Source: an uncultured virus (IMG/VR IMGVR_UViG_3300027573_000025)
Lineage: Duplodnaviria; Heunggongvirae; Uroviricota; Caudoviricetes
Direction: 5' to 3' (one strand)
IMG/VR virus record: IMGVR_UViG_3300027573_000025
Length of the DNA: 25,881 nucleotides
The notes beneath the pieces were generated by a model. That model made no database searches. It was not told the DNA's origin and worked only from the letters and a program-made list of their open reading frames with translations. Shown here in pieces: positions 24,879 through 25,881 of the stretch. Both the position numbers and the translations under genes were made by a program. Within the stretch, counting starts at the first letter, position 1, and each line of letters starts with the position of its first letter.

Positions 24879-25844
24879 TTAATTTTCCTTGGCGATAATC
24901 TGGACAACGGCGCCTTCCCACAGTCTGACAGCCCCGAACGTTGCTGAAATGTAGACCTGATTATCGTAATTCAGATCATCCCTTTCACTCACCCGCGGCG
25001 TAAACTCCTGACCACTTGAAAAGCCAACCGCGCTTTTCGACATCGCAATCATGCTTCGGCTGTTGGCGTCGTACATCGGCAGGAGGGTTTGCAGCGCAAC
25101 CGCAGTGGCGTCGTCAACCCAAGTGGTTTGATCGCCATAATCCTGAACCAATGTCCACTCGAACCCTTGCCACGCATGACCATTCATTGAACCACTGTCC
25201 ATGATTCTCGGAGTGCTGGTAAAATCTGAAGATGACGCCTGCGTGATTGCCATGATATCGGTTTCTTGCCCGGCACCGTAAAACATCACACGGTTTTGTG
25301 GACCGGTCGGCACATACCCCTTAGTCAACAGCACACCGGCGCTGATGATAACGGTTAGGTTGATTGCCGTGTTGGTCGTGCCGACGATCCGGCTGGTGAG
25401 CATGGCTTGTGTGCCGTAGGTCATCTGGCCTGTCGTTCCCGCTGTAGTGATAACCATGGCGTCGCCTACCGCCGCCGATAGTAACGCCGCATCACGCGAC
25501 CGCACCGCAGCCGCTGAGAGTTCCCGCACATACTCGGACTGCGGGTTAATAAGCGCCCGCACCAAGTCGACGTTTTTGCTGACCAAGCAGGCGCCGCCAA
25601 TAGACTGCACCGGACAACCGCGCCGGGTGTGATTCGGATTCAAGATCGGCGTAGTGGCATGAGCGCCGATAGGCACCAGCATGACACCGCCCATCCGTTC
25701 CCAAGTGTCAATCGCTGCGCTGACTCCCATGTGCTTAACGGCTGGAGCAATCTTGTCGAATACGACCGCTTCGCGCTGCTCCATGTTGGCGAGAATGTTT
25801 TGGTTGAATTGATGGACATATGCCATCGGAAAACTGGTACTCAT
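24879..25844 (-). CDS. Major capsid protein (podovirus type; 321 aa)
   Basis: MSTSFPMAYVHQFNQNI..EQ, LINPQSEYV..LSAAAVRSRD, SSSDF, WQGFEW and ERDDLNYDNQVYISATFGAVRL..GAVV motifs; size and synteny fit. Confidence 0.88.
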   Translation of the reverse strand: MSTSFPMAYVHQFNQNILANMEQREAVVFDKIAPAVKHMGVSAAIDTWERMGGVMLVPIGAHATTPILNPNHTRRGCPVQSIGGACLVSKNVDLVRALINPQSEYVRELSAAAVRSRDAALLSAAVGDAMVITTAGTTGQMTYGTQAMLTSRIVGTTNTAINLTVIISAGVLLTKGYVPTGPQNRVMFYGAGQETDIMAITQASSSDFTSTPRIMDSGSMNGHAWQGFEWTLVQDYGDQTTWVDDATAVALQTLLPMYDANSRSMIAMSKSAVGFSSGQEFTPRVSERDDLNYDNQVYISATFGAVRLWEGAVVQIIAKEN

Positions 25845-25851
25845 GGATTTA

Positions 25852-25857
25852 TCCTTT
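25852..25857 (-). promoter_or_regulatory. Shine-Dalgarno sequence of the major capsid gene
   Basis: AAAGGA 7 nt upstream of ATG 25844. Confidence 0.7.
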
Positions 25858-25881
25858 CAGGGTTATATACTCTCGGCAATT

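Larger units (their letters stand above)
1..25881 (-). mobile_element. Podovirus-like tailed phage (or prophage) structural gene module
   Basis: Capsid, tail tubular A/B, ejection-protein and tail-fibre-like genes are co-oriented on the minus strand with overlapping start/stop codons. No host housekeeping genes were seen. Confidence 0.95.

Noticed and set aside
24857..24895. T7 gp10A/10B-type -1 frameshift extension of the capsid protein
   Set aside because: No canonical slippery heptamer at the MCP end (GCC AAG GAA AAT TAA), and the -1 frame hits TAA within about 8 codons.
117..25632. Numerous plus-strand ORFs and off-frame minus-strand ORFs in the ORF track
   Set aside because: They overlap well-supported, coupled minus-strand genes and have no recognisable motifs; they are antisense or alternate-frame shadows of GC-rich coding sequence.
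1..25881. Genome-wide stop-codon reassignment (TGA or TAG recoding)
   Set aside because: TGA, TAG and TAA all end genes at tightly coupled junctions, and long genes are intact under the standard code; only one in-frame TGA candidate was found.
25862..25881. TATATAA as a possible -10 promoter element upstream of the MCP
   Set aside because: The window ends before any -35 region can be assessed, so support is insufficient.

Overview
The whole window is the virion-morphogenesis (late) operon of a short-tailed dsDNA phage or prophage with podovirus-type (T7/BPP-1-like) gene content. About 33 genes lie on the minus strand, and most are translationally coupled (ATGA/TAATG/TGATG overlaps or gaps of a few nt). 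In transcription order: major capsid protein, a jelly-roll decoration-like protein, a ~9.4 kb accessory block, tail tubular proteins A and B, a GNAT, three internal virion (ejection) proteins with a short T7-type tail-fibre adaptor among them, and three fibre/spike-like genes. The accessory block holds a Maf/sialyltransferase-like protein, a CxxCxxCC protein, a SAM methyltransferase, a GT-A glycosyltransferase, a PL1 pectate lyase, two ConA/LamG-like domains, a 22-aa-repeat protein and several small Zn-binding proteins. The most unusual signals are: (1) three terminal fibre/spike genes and one accessory gene carry Sec-type signal peptides and even, locally paired cysteines, suggesting exported, disulfide-bonded phage fibres; (2) a two-CxxC zinc-ribbon ORF is split by an in-frame TGA followed by a SECIS-like hairpin, next to an ACGA where an ATGA junction is expected; (3) a probable virion glycosylation/methylation cassette directly follows the capsid genes. 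No tRNA, rRNA, CRISPR array, integrase or host gene was recognised. All family assignments come from motif recognition by eye, not from database searches.
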